Positions 37,601 to 50,400 of a stretch of 64,000 bases of DNA are shown piece after piece. The stretch's first letter is position 1. Each line of letters starts with the position of its first letter. Made by a program: the position numbers and the translations under genes. The notes below the pieces were generated by a model that saw only the letters and a list, made by a program, of their open reading frames with translations, was not told the DNA's origin and searched no databases. Source of the DNA: Eutreptiella sp. 'Long Island Sound 2002' (Eukaryota > Protista > Euglenida); assembly GCA_964036045.1 (NCBI GenBank), contig OZ038378.1, forward strand, positions 14,694,001 through 14,758,000, in the 5' to 3' direction.

Positions 37601-38049
37601 AGATGGGAATTTTGGGGCTGGCCGACATTAGCCGATTTTTCGGCCAGCGCCAATGGTTGCAAGTGCTCCTCCTGTCCCCTGGCGTCCCTCCCATGCCGGC
37701 GCCGGCATGATCGACACAACGCCCTTCCCAAGGCAGTGGGGGTGGGGGATTTCCATTCCGAATAAAGGAGGGGTGGATGGTGTGCGTCCAACCTTTGATC
37801 ATCATGGGGAGATGACGCTCACGACCAACAAGGGCAACAAGGGGAGCAAGGCACGGGGAGGGGATACAGGAGAGCTCTGCTCCTCAAGCCTGTGCCGAAC
37901 ACGCCACGCCGTCCCCCCTGACCCTCTCAGTCAACCTTTTGAGCAGTGTCCTTGTCAGAGCCGGCCGTCGCAGTCTCGGCAAGCGATGTCTGGGCGTCGG
38001 CCACTTTGGACTGCAAACTTGTGATAGTGCGCTGGTGCTTTTCCCTCTC
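34624..38049 (-). CDS. Gln/Glu-rich coiled-coil protein (multi-exon, 5' end not resolved)
   Basis: Phase-0 GT-AG exons 38049-37936 (EREKHQRTITSLQSKVADAQ...), 36727-36683 (DEDLKKQEAALLQQQ) and 35490-34993 (166 codons, EQVCQQEKNLQRQQQEFAAETERW...). Either it ends in exon 34704-34624 (TGA) or it splices on to 31650. Confidence 0.75.
37200..37655. mobile_element. MITE-like insert with an internal (GGGGGAAAT)n tract, in a coiled-coil gene intron
   Basis: Imperfect inverted ends GGCGTCAGCCGAA (37247) and TTCGGCCAGCGCC (~37640). Tandem 9-10-mers at 37316-37390. Perfect 14-bp palindrome GGGACAATTGTCCC at 37210. TTGTCCCTCTGCTCACAAGTGC also occurs at ~31833. Confidence 0.6.
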
Positions 38050-41000
38050 CTGCAGAAGGCATGGGAGAGGGGAAAAGCGCAGCCCTTTCAGGAGTACGTA
38101 TCATCCAACTTCCTCCCCCCTCATGCGCATGCATGGCCGAAGTCAGACAAAATGACGGTCAGACGGGGATCCCGTGCTTGGAGGGGTGAGCGAGGGCGAT
38201 GGCAGGCTAAGCGAGCGCGGTGCAGGGCGAGGCGTAGGGGATGGAGGCCTGAGCAAGCGCTGTGGGAAGGTAAACGAGGGGTTGGCTTGGTTTTGCGTGG
38301 GACATGCACTTGTTCACAGGCTGCGCTTTGAGTGCACTGCTGCGTATGGTATGTTCAGGTGCTTGTTCGTCTATACTTCTTGGCCTTTGGTGTATACCAC
38401 TGTGGGGGCACTTGAGCTGCCTTTGCTGTACGATTCTCGTCTTTTTGCACCTGTGCACCACTGGAGGCGGTGTTCTTGCCTCCAGCAACGTCTGCCCCAC
38501 CGTGTGAACACTCTTCTAGTGCCTGTGCTCGGTGGCAGGTACCATAATGGGGGTCCCTACTTGAAGGGTCCACGAAGAGGGCCATGCAGGTTGCAGGCCA
38601 TCGCGCCGTGGCTGGCGACCAAATACTCCGAGACTGGCCACGTCCATGCTGCTGACTGTTGCATGGGAGGCACGCTGGATCTGGGTCAAGGCAGGGCTGC
38701 AGAGTCACACCCGCTGCACAAGAGTGTGCACCCAGTATAATGAGGGGAACAGGTGCAGTTTGGAGGTCTGGTGCAGACTGCGGCACAGCAGCGCCTTGAA
38801 CGGTGCCAAATCGTACGGAGCCGGCGTATCTGAGGAGAGTGGCAGACGTGTGGCTAATCCTGTGCTGAGCTGGACAGTCTCCTTAACACTTCAGTGACCA
38901 GAACCAGGCTCTAAGGCTGCAACCCTGGGCCCGTCAACCAATGCGCCTGTCCGGTCGTCGCGGGTGCCGGCGGTTGACCTCCAGCGGCGGTTGGCCGTTG
39001 GCTGCTGCGACATTGCGAAGAAACATTTCTGCACTGGCCACGGACCCATTCCCACTCATGTTTCATCCTGGCATGTCCAGCGTTTGTCATGCATCCCATC
39101 CCATCTTACATCTCTTCATTGGCCCGCTCTCCAGCATCCCAACACACCTACTACTATCCCAACACAGACTAGGAAGAATAAGAAAGGGAAGGATTGAACA
39201 TGTGGGGGGGGGGGGGGGCAGGTTGGCAGTCATACTTTGGCTGTCACCCCCTTGGACACTTCCCAACGCAGAAAGGGACGGCTAACCAGGGCTGGGCACA
39301 GCAGCATTAGAAGGGTGTGTGTTCCATAGAAGGTAGTAGGGCACAAACAGTGTCCAGTGCCATGTCTTTGGGATAACCTGCTTTCGGTCAGGGTCAGTTC
39401 CATGTTAGAATTCAGAATGGAGGGCAGGGGGTTGAACCGAAGGCACACGACAGTAGGTCCAGCAAGCCAACACCACTCAAAACCACTTGGCAGAGGAATG
39501 CTGTTTGAAGAGTCCCATTGCTTTCTCTGAGTTGGCCGGGTTGTTGTTTCGGTGCAGGACCAGTGACAATTACTGAACTGCACGGGTGACCCCTCCACTG
39601 TTGGCCCCCCTTGTGACCGAAGTCTGTGCAGGTGTTGGGTGTCGGATTGAGTCCAACTGGCAATGGGCGCTGGTGCTCAGTATGAGTGGCCTCAGGGGCA
39701 GGGCATGTAGTGGGGCATTGTGGTAGGCGCCGGACCGAACCCTTGGTACGGTTTGCACATGTGGTCAAACACAGGCACATGTACAGGCCCGGACGCAGGT
39801 GCAAGCACAGAAACAGGCAAGGTGCGGATACAAGCGCAGGTACACCCAAGGTACACCCAGGCGCACGCAAACAGCCATGGACCTTGATGTCATGACGCTC
39901 AACCCTAGACGCCCCTGGAACCCCCCTACTCTTGCATAGTTCCCAGGGGGGTGGGAAAACTGCCGCTTGCCAATTGTACCAAATCAACAACAATCATTTC
40001 TCAGTCTGTGGCATATTTTGCCATCCTTTGGTATTTGTGCATGAGATTGTGTGGGCAGAGAGTGCACGTGGGGTTTCGGTATTGGGCCACGTCTTTGGTC
40101 GCCGGTTTTATTTCACCCGGGTGTTTGTTGACCTCATTGAAGACGTACAGCCACCCACCCATACAACCTGTAGCACGAAAGCTTAGCCCATCATACTGTC
40201 AAGCCTGCAGGCAAACGCGCAACCAGGGCTGTCCGCTCGGATGCATCGCATAGAACCAGGAGCATGTAGCCGCGCCTTGTTCTGACCGTGGGTTGATTGC
40301 TGAGCCGTCGCATACCGTGGGGATTCTGTTTACCGTTTGGCGCGTTTGCTGTTGTCTAGGCATGGGAGGTGGCGTTCGGGGGAGGGTGAGCCATGTTCAA
40401 CTGTTACATGGGAGGGACAAGGGTGCGTACTCGGAGTGCCTGTAATTCTGCACCGCTGCATCAGTGCAACGGTGTGTGCAGTCTTTTTGTGACTTTGGGA
40501 TGAGGGGCGCCACGCATGCTATGCATGCGCTATCCATGCATGCGCTGTGCTATGGCACGAGGCCGCGATTGTGTTGTTGGTGGTTTTATGGACTGGATGC
40601 AATTTCATTTTTCTTGGAGCTACTGGGGACGTAGTGGACGTAAACTACTTTGTGACCTGCATGTAGCTTGGCCATAAATTGACGATGGTCGTTACCCTCC
40701 AGAATCACTCTGGCATCCACAACAGTACTTCAATTCTCAACACAGCGAAAGCCGCAACACACATTGTCCGTGCTGTCCAGCAACGCGCCCTCATGCCATC
40801 CAGCAAGGCGCCGTTAGGCGCCCCCATCGATTGGGGTTTCAGGTCACGTCAGTGCCTTTAGGGCGTCTTCAGGAATACTCTTGATTACCCTCCTGCCCTT
40901 CCAGCTTCCTTGAGTCACTGACGTCTGTACTGTAGACCGTATCCAATATCAAATTGTGCCCACACGACTTCTGCACCCTTTCCCTGGCCCTGTCACTGAC

Positions 41001-42895
41001 TTCCGTGGAAAAGGCGTCACCGTCGGATGCCTCTGATGATTCCTCGTCGGAACACGTGTCCGCCTCCAACAGCGCCGCCCCCCGATCCTCCCGAAGAATC
41101 TCCTCGGGTCAGTGATGGTGCAAACTCAGCAATTGGTTCCAACCCCAGCAAATCCCATTCTGTCACTCTGCGCCTCTCCTTCCCAACAGGGCCAACTCGT
41201 CTGCTTCCTCATTTCCAGATGCGGCGGGACCCATCACACCTGTACACGGTCCTCTCCCATCCCCCGAAATCACTACATCTATTCCCACAGATCCTTGGTG
41301 CCCCGCCTCCCTGTGGAGCAGTGCCACCGTAGCGTTGCCACTTCACTGACAACTCCACAATACCCTGAAACACATACGTCGAATCTAGTACCACCACCAA
41401 CCTCTCCAAAGGCTGAAGGACATGCACCCCCCGCAGCCCCCCCCCCCCCCTACTTATGCTCTGCCACTCATGCACTGGCACATGGTCCCCATACCACACT
41501 CCATACCCTGCCTGCATCCACCCACAAACCCTCTTTGCTGGGTGTAGCTTGGACGAAGGGGGAGGTACACAACAGGAAGGTTATTAAAGAGAGGCTGGCG
41601 TCCTTCTCAGCAAGTGAAATGCAAGTGGTACCAGCACTTCCGTAGAGCATTTCGGCAACTGTCACAAAGTCACTATTCCAGCGATGACACTAGTGAGCGG
41701 TTCTCTGGTATCCAGATGAATGGGGGCGGACGCCCCCACCCCACCCCATTCACGGCTTGCGGAGCAGATACCCGTCTTTCAAAGTGCCATGCCTTGTCAC
41801 CGGCTTCAACCGGGATGTTTTGCCATATCTAATTGCTGCCCCTGTGGGTCATGCAGTCCATTTGAAGATTAGAGCTGACCATTGTCCCATGGTTGAGAAC
41901 GTGTCGGATGTCCATAGCCAAGGGGGAACGTTTGCCCGGCGCGCTACCTTTGTATTAAGTATCTTATCTCTAGCCCCAAGTTTATCCTCACCTATGGAAG
42001 TCCCCCAAGTAGACCGAAATAGACCGCAAACCTCCTGTGCAAAGCACGTTGCATAAGCCGAAATATGAGAATTCAACAACACAAAATGTCACACTGACCA
42101 CTTCCAACCACCACCCTTGCCATCATCATAAACTGGGTTTGTAGACACTGCAAGAAGGTACTCCAGATTGTTTGGTGAGGGGTGGCAAAAACAGGCACGG
42201 GTGGGGAATGGCAAAAAAAAGATGCCCGGTGCGTGCCCGCGGCACCAGTACTCCCCCCAAGGCGGTCAGGGCAACTCCTCCAATGCAGCTCTTTTTGAAG
42301 AAAGCAAATGTGGCCACACCACCATCCAGGCGGAAAGGGCGCTCGCTGCCCTTAGCACAAAGCACCTCCAGTAATTTTTGCAACCGCCCCCTTTTCTCGG
42401 ATTTGTTGTTCCACTGTTGTTGTTGTTTTGCTTTTCTCAAAACGCGGTCTTTCTCCGCAGGTGACTTTGGGGCTTTCCTGTCCTTGAAATGTGGATGCCT
42501 TAAATGGCAGTACGTCCCATGGAATAATGAGCAAACCTGAGCCTTTTAGCTCACAAGAGAGTTCATTGTGAACAAAAGGGTCGAGCCTCAACTACCATCC
42601 TAACCCTGTTGATTCGTAGTTGCATGGCACATGCATGGTGTGTGCTCCTAGAAAGGAGGCGCTCCTAGAAAGACTCACTTGTACGAATGCCCCCCGTATT
42701 CCAAACGGGGAATTTGTGCGCGCAGCCACTCTCTTGTTTGCAATCCCTCAGTTTTGGAGTGTTCCAATGGGCACCCGAATCTTGATCGTTATCTGTGTAT
42801 GGTGCAGATCCTGGGCATGCACACCCTCAATATACTAGAATTCTATTGCCTTCTGCAAGGCACCTCAAAGGGAGACAAGAGAGGTTGTGAGGAAG

Positions 42896-43075
42896 TTATA
42901 AACTATGGACCGACGAAGTTCCGCCCATCGCAGTGCAAACATGCCCAAAAAGACGCTTTGGGGGGCCAAGCAACACCATTAGTGGGGAAGTTATAAACTA
43001 TGAGCGGACGAAGTTCCGCCCATACAAGCCCAAAAAGGCGCTTTGGGGGGCCAATAAGCACCATTAGGAGGGCCA
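42896..43075. repeat. Two-copy ~95-bp degenerate direct repeat (subterminal-repeat-like)
   Basis: TTATAAACTATG..CGACGAAGTTCCGCCCAT...GCCCAAAAAG.CGCTTTGGGGGGCCAA...CACCATTAG occurs at ~42896 and ~42991. Confidence 0.8.
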
Positions 43076-43829
43076 AATTGGTGCTACATAAGTGATTATG
43101 TACTCCCATTGTCACCAAATGTTCACCCAACAACAGCTGAAGGGTCCCCAAGGGTTGTCAGGGGTCACTCAGAAATCGGGTTGGGCTGTCCTGTTCCTGG
43201 CGCACAATGTAGTGCCCTTGTAGTAGTGGACAACCAAGGCTGCCTGTGTATCGATCACCTTTCCTCACCTTTATTAATCGGGACCGAACTCAAATTAATC
43301 CCATATCAAATCAAATTATGGTGCAAAAAATAATTTGAAAATGAGGCCCCCATTTAGCCTTTGGTGGAGAACTGACTTTTGAAAATGCAATTTTTGGAGG
43401 CATCAAACGCGGAAAAAAAAAACAAGAGTTGTAAAACTTGTTTTAACATCCCATTTGTTTGGTGCTCACACCTTCGGTTTCCAGAATTTGCGAGGCAGGA
43501 GGCATTGATATTTGAACCTGGGGCCTGATTCTTAGGCTCTGAGGTGGTCAAAAGTCGACCTTGCTTCTCACCTCTCAACCCCCCACTTCCAGCAGCCCAA
43601 CCACACAAACACAACATAAAAGGGGTACAGCACAAGCTTTTTTTTTGGCCATTTTTGATCATGCAAAAAATCTGTTTCTTTGTTGACACTCTGAGGCTGA
43701 AAACGGACATCGTGGGTTCAAATGCCAGTGAACCCCTGTCCAAGGTGTCAAATCTGCCAGAACCACACAAAACCAGCAAGAAAATAGGCTTTACAATTGT
43801 TTGTAGTGCTTCATTCTCATTGGTCACAA

Positions 43830-44460
43830 TATTAGACAATTAATGCACAAAGTCGCCCCACACACATAGGACACAATTGCATGTACAGGCTGACATATTC
43901 CCACACTGTTTGTGCTGCGCCTGCAGCACAGAGAAGCTGCCATTCTTCCTCAAGGAATGTATTCATAGTGCCCCCTCGTGGTGCCATGGTTCCATGCAGG
44001 TTGTTAAGTCCACGTTCCGGACAAAACGCACGGTGACCCCTGCAACTCCGTTGTTCTGTGCACAAATTTGTGATGAAGTGGTCGGGGCGTCTTCCATATG
44101 GAGGTAGGGGCAGTGTCGGGTGTGTATGTACTGATTGCGACGTCGGGCCATACCAGTCTTTGGCCCATAGGTGGGTCGTGTTGATTCCAGGGTTACCCTT
44201 GGCACAAATGGCAAAGGCACGAAAATTTGCAGAAACCACACATCGTTGGCTACGCATAGCCTGATGGCAAACATGCCACAGCTGAAACAAAGTGAGGAGA
44301 GGTCATACCCGGTACAGGGGTGGAGGAAATATGGATGGCGTTTGACTGTTGTGACACAAAGCAATAGTGTCTCCCGATTCAATTTTTGTACTCTAAGTAC
44401 CACCCTTTCAGATAGCCCAGAAAATATACAGGAAACCAAATACATCCATTGACCCATGGA
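43830..44460 (-). pseudogene. Decayed transposase-like ORF remnants
   Basis: Overlapping broken frames (WHVCHQAMRSQR...TTHLWAKDWYG...NTFLEEEWQLL) next to A/T-rich subterminal-like repeats. Superfamily not assignable. Confidence 0.3.
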
Positions 44461-47400
44461 ACCCTTTCTTTACACTGCCACCCGGAGACGCATTCATGAA
44501 CGGTGACACGCAGAGGGCACTAAGATTTCAAGGGTCGCAATGAAGCCCTGGGGGCTTTCGAGCTTCCGAACGCAGAGGGAGTGCCCTTCGAGATGGCTGC
44601 TGATATTGGTGCAATACAGCCATGTGAAAGTCAAATCTAAAGTCCCAATCAACAAATCATACTACACCACAGCAAACATAACCCAAAAATGGGACCTCGG
44701 AATCCCCCACCATTGCCTGGACAGGGCGTTGTCTACAAAAAGGGGAGGAGGGGGGGCGGAGGTCAGGTTTTTTGTTGCGGTTTTCTGCGGATGTGACCCC
44801 ATGTCTCAGCCACAGACAACGACTCCTAACCCAAGGGGATGCGCATGCACCGCGCGCTCAGAGGGACATGGTGACGAGTTCGCCATTGGGTAGACTGATT
44901 CGGAATCACGCGACTTACCGACTCACCGTCATGAGTCTGAGCTGCATAAGCCGAATTTGCAGCAGAACACCCATGGCTAGGGCTGTCATGTGGGCGCCAG
45001 TGGACTTCTCCTACAATGGCTCAGGGAAAGCCATAGTTGAGACAAGTAGGGGGAGGTCGTACGCAGTGCAGTAGCAGGGGAAGACGGACGGTGTTAGCCC
45101 ATCTTGTTGTGACACCAAGAGATGTAACTTTGCGCCTCCTTATTTGGGGTGTGTTCTGCTACCCACCAGTGCCCCCTTGCCCAACACACAGGCAACAGCA
45201 GAAGCACCCCAAGCTGCGGGGCAACACCTAGTATGGTTGTTGTTGGACCATGCAGTTGGTTCGCTGCGCCCTACAACAAGGAACCAACAGGAGTGATGCC
45301 ACAACAACCATTGCGGGGTCGCTGCACTGTACCACAGATCTGCAGGAAGCTCAGATGAATCGCACGGCAAATAAGTCCTATTCAAAGCCACAGCAATCAT
45401 GCCACAGCAGTCCGAATACACACAGATCCGCATTTCGACAAAGAAATGGAACCGCCAACTCCATGGCTCAAGACTGGCGCGCATCAGGCGGTGTCTGTAC
45501 CAACAGGGAGGGGCGAGGGGTGTATGTCTACCATGTCTACCATCTCTAGGAACATTCTAGTCATGAAGAAATACAATCTGGATTACGAGGGCCAATGCTG
45601 CATGCCATGCCCAGGCTTGAGCTTGAAGAAGCGGGAGCAAAGAGTGTCTGGCCCGGTGGCAAGAGCGGTGACTGACGATTCGGAAAGCGGTTGAGGACAG
45701 ATTCGGGAGGTTACAAAACGGTTGGAGGCAGTTGGGGCGGAACGAACCCTCAGTCCCAAGGGACGTCGGTTTACATCAATCCCTTCAAACTTGGCCATAC
45801 CTCTCATCCTATGTCTCAGAAATCGTATGCCGCACCCCCCACCCTTCGGGCCGGTGTCTTCTTGGCGGCCCCGCCGGCCATGGGCAGCATACAGCGAAGT
45901 GCAGAAAGATAGCGACGCAGGTAGCGGTGATCGCGATAATCGGGTCAACAAACCCCGCCAGCGGTAAGACATGCACTCAGGGCCGCAAAAAGAAATGACG
46001 GACAGAGGGAGTCAGGGGGATGCTTCCACACGTTGAGGGCGGAAGGACGTCTCTGGGTAGAATCAGCGGGTAGGAGACAGGGGCGATGCGCCACCGTCGC
46101 CATCACGCAGACAGGACTTGGGGAGGGGGGGGGGGGGGGGGAGGCGGTGCAATGGATGGGGCTGAGCAGGTGTCGATGTACCATTCAGCTATTCAGAGCC
46201 AACAGTGCTCCGGGTTCCATCGTTCGCAGACAGAATACGCATGTGTAATTGGGACAGAGGAGTGTCGGGTCATCTCAGTCACTGGGTCAATGGGGTTAGG
46301 GAGGGCATCAAATGTTCATCACCAAAGAAAAACAAGTGCGCCGGGCACTGTATGGCCAGCAACTGCCGGTGGTTGTGCGTTCAGCAGCGGCAGTTGCAAG
46401 CCGACCGACAGCTGTTCACAGTCCACCGACAACCGTCGGAGATCGGCGAAGGGCGAGGGCTGTCGTTGTAGCGAATCGTCCTGAGCGGTCCCAGACGGAA
46501 TGTACCAGATTTTGGCCATCAATACAGGCTGGTGCTGGAAAGGAAGGGGGCCTGACGAGGGGTAGCGGGGACGGCAAGGCAACCTGGCGCTTGGGTGTGT
46601 CTGCCAAACGCGCCGGCTGCTGCTTCCTGCCAAACCCAACACTGTCGGATAACAACGTCTGCCCGCGCGCACGGGGATGGCGGTCTGTCGTGTGTAGACA
46701 CTGTCTAGGACAAGCAGAGACAATCTGCTAATTGTAGGCAGTGCCTGCATGCTGTCGACACGAAGCAATGATACTATAGAAGGGGGCCTTCCCTCCCTTT
46801 CACAAAAAGGGTCTGATAACCACATTCAAGATGCCCGAAACGTGCCGTTGTTAGATCGTTTTCGGTACACAGGCCTTATCTGGTTATCTGGCGGCGCATT
46901 GGCAACGACCTAAATGAGAAAAAGCACTTTTCTCTCCTCTTTTGCGGCCTATTTGACCCAATTGCCCATTTGCCCAAAATACGTGCGGGCTAAAATATAT
47001 TCAGAGAAATATTTTCGGGAAAAATTGTGCAGGTTTTCTTGAAAGTGTGTGTGTGGGGGGGGGGGGGGGCGGGATGACACATGGTCCCGTGGAAGGATAA
47101 TGCGATCAATCCTTTTTGCTCCCCAAAAATGTACATCATGACCCCAAAATGACCTACCCATAGCTCTACCACCCAAAGCCCCTCTGATGGCACTGTTGCT
47201 GAGGGTTGCTCAACCAATGCGCTCAGTGTGGTACACAGGCAAACAGAGACCCAGAAATCCTTAAAAATGAGCGGGGGGGGGGGATTACACAAGAAACCCT
47301 CACGCACACGGGGTCCCTTTGGAAATGTTCCCCCACAAAATTTGGTCCTCGCCGGCAGCCGCTACTTTGGGGGTCTGTTGGTCAGCAGACCCGCATACCC

Positions 47401-47487
47401 ACTGATACGCACCCCTCCGTCCACGTGCACAGGGGCATCGCGGGGCACGCAGGGGGGTATACAGCCATGCCCCCCTTCCCTTCGCCA

Positions 47488-50400
47488 TCATTTTAGAGGC
47501 GGGCGGCCCAGACCAGTGCCCCGCAGCCGCGACGCATTGACCGGCATCACGGCCTTTCGGTTCGTGTGCTTCGCGCTGGCAGCGGCTGCCATCGCCTTTG
47601 AGGCGACCGCCAGGCGGGCGTCCACCGGGTCGTTCCGGCGCTGCATCTCGGCGCCGCACAGCCGCTTGAAGCGCCGCTGGTCGTCCTCCCGCTGCAGCGA
47701 GATCAGCCACACCGCGCGGTTCTGGTGGCTCATGCTGCCCCACCACTCCCGACGCTTTTTGCGACGCGTGTTCGTGCTCTTGTGCGCCCACTCGGTCCCG
47801 TACCCCATCATCTGGAACATCAGCCCGTGGTCCGCCGCGTCCACCTTCTCCCGCTCCGCCCCGTCCTGCGCGACGCAGTGCTATGAGATGTCGGATTGGA
47901 GGGCGGAAATACGTGTATGCGGAGACGTTCCGGTGGGAAATAAGAAAAGGTGATTATCATATTTACTTGTGCCATAACGGCTGCTTGGATACCATGTAGT
48001 ACGACCAGGATCCGTGCTTCCGCACCCCACCGCACCCCACCGCACCGCACCACACACCACACCACACCACACCACACCACACCGCAACGCACCGCACCGC
48101 ACCGCACCGCACCGCACCGCACCGCACCGCACCGCACCGCACCGCACCACACCACACCACACCACACCACACAACACAACACCAACACAACACAACACAA
48201 CATAACACAACACAACACCAACACAACACAACACAACACAACACAACACAACACAACACAACACAACACAACACAACACAACACCAACACAACACAACAC
48301 AACACAACACAACACAACACAACACAACACAACACAACACAACACAACACCAACACCACACAACACAACACAACACAACACAACACAACACAACACAACA
48401 CAACACAACACAACACAACACAACATAACACAACACAACACAACACAACACAACACAACACAACACAACACAACACAACACAACACAACACAGCACAGCA
48501 CAGCACAACACCAACACAGCACACGACGCAACACAGCACAGCACAGCACAGCACAGCACACCTCACCCTTGGCCGTCTTCACCTTCTCTCCTTTGCCACG
48601 GCCGCTAAAGGGGGTTGAGGGGCTCAGCGGCACCGTGGGGTCATGCCTCGGGTCACACCGGAACTCATCTGAGCTGTACCCACTGCACGCTGTGTCAGAA
48701 CTGGAATCGTCGTCCGTGGACTCCGACACCAGCGAGGGCACGGAGTCGGAATTGTGCGCCATCGTAAGGGCGCTGCTGGGGTCCGAGCGCTTTGCATACG
48801 GCACGAGGATGTCATTGTGCCGCACGACCGCGGCCATGTAGGCCTCGCGCTGCTCCATCGCCGACTGGAGGTCGTCCTCCGGGTGGCTGTGCACAGCAAT
48901 GCCAAGGCAGCAGCACCCAGCACAGAGTGGTGCCTTGAAGGTGGGGGTGGTTCTCTAACACTCGCGTAACGCCCCCACCCCCAGAGCGGAGGGCGGCGGA
49001 ACATTGTGGTCCAGGCGGTCACGCCATACAGTTGAAGTCTGGAGGGGGGGGGGGGTCCCACAAAGGGAGGGGGACTGGGCCATGATGGACCCCAGCTTTC
49101 TGCACTTTGGCAGTGGTGCCCTGCACAGCACTGCCCCTTTGCCCGCGGGATCCGTCAGGGTACCCGGCACATCGCTGGACGTGGGGGGCGGGAGGGGGCG
49201 TGTCAAGGGCCAAAGATTTTGGTCATTGTCTCCTGTTTTTCTCTTTGGCATCAAACTTGTGCCGATCCTTTTGGGGGAGGGGGGGGTGAAGAGGGGGGGG
49301 GGGGGGGCTTTTGCCCATCCACCCCAGTACACCCTTTTCGACATGGTTGCTTTATGGGGGAGGGGTTCCAAAAATGTCCTGGACACAGGAAAACACGGCG
49401 ATTCCGGAAAATAGGTGCCCATGTCGTGGGCACTTTGTTCTTGGTGGGGTTTCATCGTGCCTCCCAAGTGAGGACAGCCTGGAGGCTGCCAGACGCAACA
49501 AACACGGAGCCACCGGTTCCTCAAGCTCTTGGGGCAGCTCTGGTACGTAACTTCAATCTTGCAGAGATTCTGTCCACACGATTTGTATGTCACAACATGT
49601 CTGGCCTGCCTTCAAAATGGTGCTGGTGGTTGTTCCCAGTGTATATGGAGGGAGGGTCTAACCCTTCCAAAACCGTCCACGAGCGGTCGGCGAGTCACTG
49701 GCCAACAACCCACCCACCCCACCGTTTAGGGGGCTGGGGAATCCATTCCAGGTTTACAACCCATCTTGGCCACATTTCCTCTGATGTTTACAAGGGCCAA
49801 AAGTGGCCACAAACAGGGTTCTGGCCTACTGCCCGAGCTGCTGCCTGGAGGGGCAGGTTTTTCACCTTGCCGGTCGTGCTCCAACATGTCGGCACTTCAG
49901 CCAAAAATGAAAACACGCAACATTGTGCATTTTGATGAGGAGAATCCAAATATGCAAGAGCTCGCCCTCAACGAAACGATGTGTCGTAGAAAGTGTGCAA
50001 TACGTGTCCTGGACCATCCCAAAATTAAGCCAGATGCAACCTGTGGACAACCACCCCAAGGGACACCACCCCGTCCTTGAAAGGTAATCTCACATCTGGC
50101 CTTTTGTACATCTTTTGAGGCTTGTGTGGGGAGGCCACTCCCAAAATTCACCCATTGGAAGCCCATGTAGCAGGTGTCCCAACTACCACACGGTCAAGAT
50201 GTGGTCATCACAGCCGAGGCTCTGCAACCACAGGTTGCCGAACCATGCAGCAATTAGAAAGTCAACATATCGGCGGGATAGACCCTAACTCAAATTGCAT
50301 TAGAAAACCTTTTCCATGCCAATTTCAGAAAGGTTAACATACCCCTACCTCAGGGACCATATTTTCCTGCCCCGGTACCAAAAGTTGCAAACCCAGTTGG

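Noticed and set aside
39350-39400. Short match to 53697-53748 (CCAGTGCCATGTCTTT...ACCTGCTT...GGGTCAGTT)
   Set aside because: Probably an old dispersed-repeat fragment, too short and diverged to interpret.
43147-43165. Second SL-like hit (minus-strand TTTCTGAGTG)
   Set aside because: Only 10 nt and no T tract, so expected by chance.
47820-48894. Long ORFs of 198-337 aa (CCVVL and HNTTQ repeats)
   Set aside because: Translations of the intronic pentanucleotide microsatellite. Only 48886-48562 and 47880 onward are exonic.
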